Source of the DNA: Octopus bimaculoides
Taxonomy: Eukaryota
Length of the DNA stretch: 64,000 nt
Reading direction: 5' to 3'
Assembly: GCF_001194135.2 (NCBI RefSeq)
Contig: NC_068982.1
Location: 75,983,214-76,047,213, forward strand
Below are positions 62,215-64,000 of the stretch, in pieces. How positions within the stretch are numbered: position 1 is the stretch's first letter; every line of letters begins with the position of its first letter. The notes under the pieces were generated by a model, which saw only the letters and a program-made list of their open reading frames with translations, ran no database searches and was not told the DNA's origin. The position numbers and the translations under genes are program-made.

Positions 62215-62455
62215 ACAACCTGCACGAATGATTTGTTCATAGTGATAAAATGTATGTACTGTAGATTAGCTCATTCCTTCCATCAAATCGACGTTATTTG
62301 AACAGGTGCACGGTATACCGCGCGTCAGATGTCGAAGTGCTTGTAGAGCAACGTGAGATAAAATGTCTTGCTCACAACGCACACTCCGGTCTAGGAATTG
62401 AAACAGATGAGCTCACGATTGTGAGTGCAACACCCTAACCACTAGGTCATGCGTG
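62215..62455 (-). mobile_element. tRNA-derived SINE, antisense
   Basis: Same family as 57712-57942; the head on the minus strand is tagtggttagggtgttgcactcacaatc. Confidence 0.75.
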
Positions 62456-62915
62456 CTTATAACAACAACAACAACAATAATAATAATAATGATAAAGAGG
62501 AGAAAAAAAGAAAAGAAAAATTTTGTTATTGTTAATCATTTCATCTTAATGACCATATTCATCATCATCATCATCAGCAGCAGACAGATATTGCCAGTGG
62601 TATTATAATACTAATTTTTAAAAATCATAATCATGTAGCAAGGAATAGGTGTGTGTATGTGTAGGTGTACACACACACAGATATACGGGGGAATTTGGAG
62701 CTGGGTATGTGTCTGTATATGTATATAGTAAAGTAGTGGAGGTTGGTTATGTATTAGCATTTAAAAAAAAAAATTACGTCCTGTGAAAATACATTTTATG
62801 ATTCATTTACTATTTACATCAAGTCTTAAAAAAGGTAAATATTTCTCTCTCCTTATTCACAGCTTTATTCCCGTTTGCATTAACAAACTAATAGATATGT
62901 CTAAACACACACACG

Positions 62916-63007
<92 letters not shown>

Positions 63008-63876
63008 GTCTTCAGAAAGAATTCGCGATATAGTCACAAATTTTGAAGAAATATTTTCTTAAATTAAGGATTATTTATTATATAAAACTTATTAAACAAA
63101 TCGGAATGATACGATTGTTTTGTATTGTGTAAGCGCTTTCCCTAATAACAGCTTTTCAAACACACGTGTTATACGATATTCTATATAGAGAAAGTTGCTT
63201 TTCGTAACAGTGTTGAGACTTTCCGGTTTAGTTTCGGACTTCGAATTTTTGTAAAGTATTCTTTTTTCTGCTTTCGCAGTTGATCTTTTTCTCATCATAT
63301 TTTGAAAAATAGAAGATTTTGCATACAAACATTCAAACATGCATACATTTATACATTCGTACATACGTACATACATATATACATATATACATACATACTT
63401 AAATACGCACATATTCACACATACGCACGCGCGCACACACACATAGTCTGAATAATACCTAATAGCTTTATCGGAACCTCGGATATGAAGTGCAATTTAT
63501 TTGAGAAAGAATTACATTTGTGCCTATATAGGGAACGGCACCGGCAATGAGAAAATCAATACAGATGTGTACAAAAAAAGTGTATGTCTAATAGATAATT
63601 AGATATATTAGTAGTAATATATGTACATATATGCACGCACTCTGAGGCACATGCGGATGCAAAAATACACACACATGCAAGCACAACTCACAGATGCATA
63701 CACACGCTCAAATACTGAGATATAGTATCTCTGTGTGTGCGCACACACACACACACACATATATATACACATACACTCACACACATACACACACTCACAC
63801 ATACATACACACATATATACACACACTCACACACACAAGTACACACACGCACACACACGCACACACACACACACAC

Positions 63877-63924
<48 letters not shown>

Positions 63925-63934
63925 NNNNNNNNNN

Positions 63935-63976
<42 letters not shown>

Positions 63977-64000
63977 GTGTGTATATATATATATATATAT

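Overview
AT-rich, microsatellite-dense metazoan DNA with about 4.8 kb of N gaps. The repeat landscape suggests an Octopus draft scaffold (inference). The only host gene I can support is the last three coding exons of a serine hydroxymethyltransferase (SHMT) on the + strand (393-515, 1509-1736, 14857-15023), with a 13.1-kb last intron. The remaining ~49 kb appears gene-free. It holds decayed transposons: RTE, R4/Dong-like and HERO-like non-LTR elements, Penelope-like elements (PLEs, one ~3.8-kb Neptune-like copy), mariner, Tigger/pogo, piggyBac-type and palindromic MITEs, and tRNA-derived SINEs. The most interesting signal is about ten hammerhead-ribozyme-like motifs between 21 and 62 kb. The best (25821-26085, minus strand) has an intact core, a GUC cleavage triplet and 6-bp stems I and II, with a ~222-nt insertion in loop II that carries a 56-bp repeat unit. 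Other motifs also have expanded loop II (~57-100 nt) or U3-A8 variant cores. All motif calls were read by eye; no folding, alignment or database search was run.
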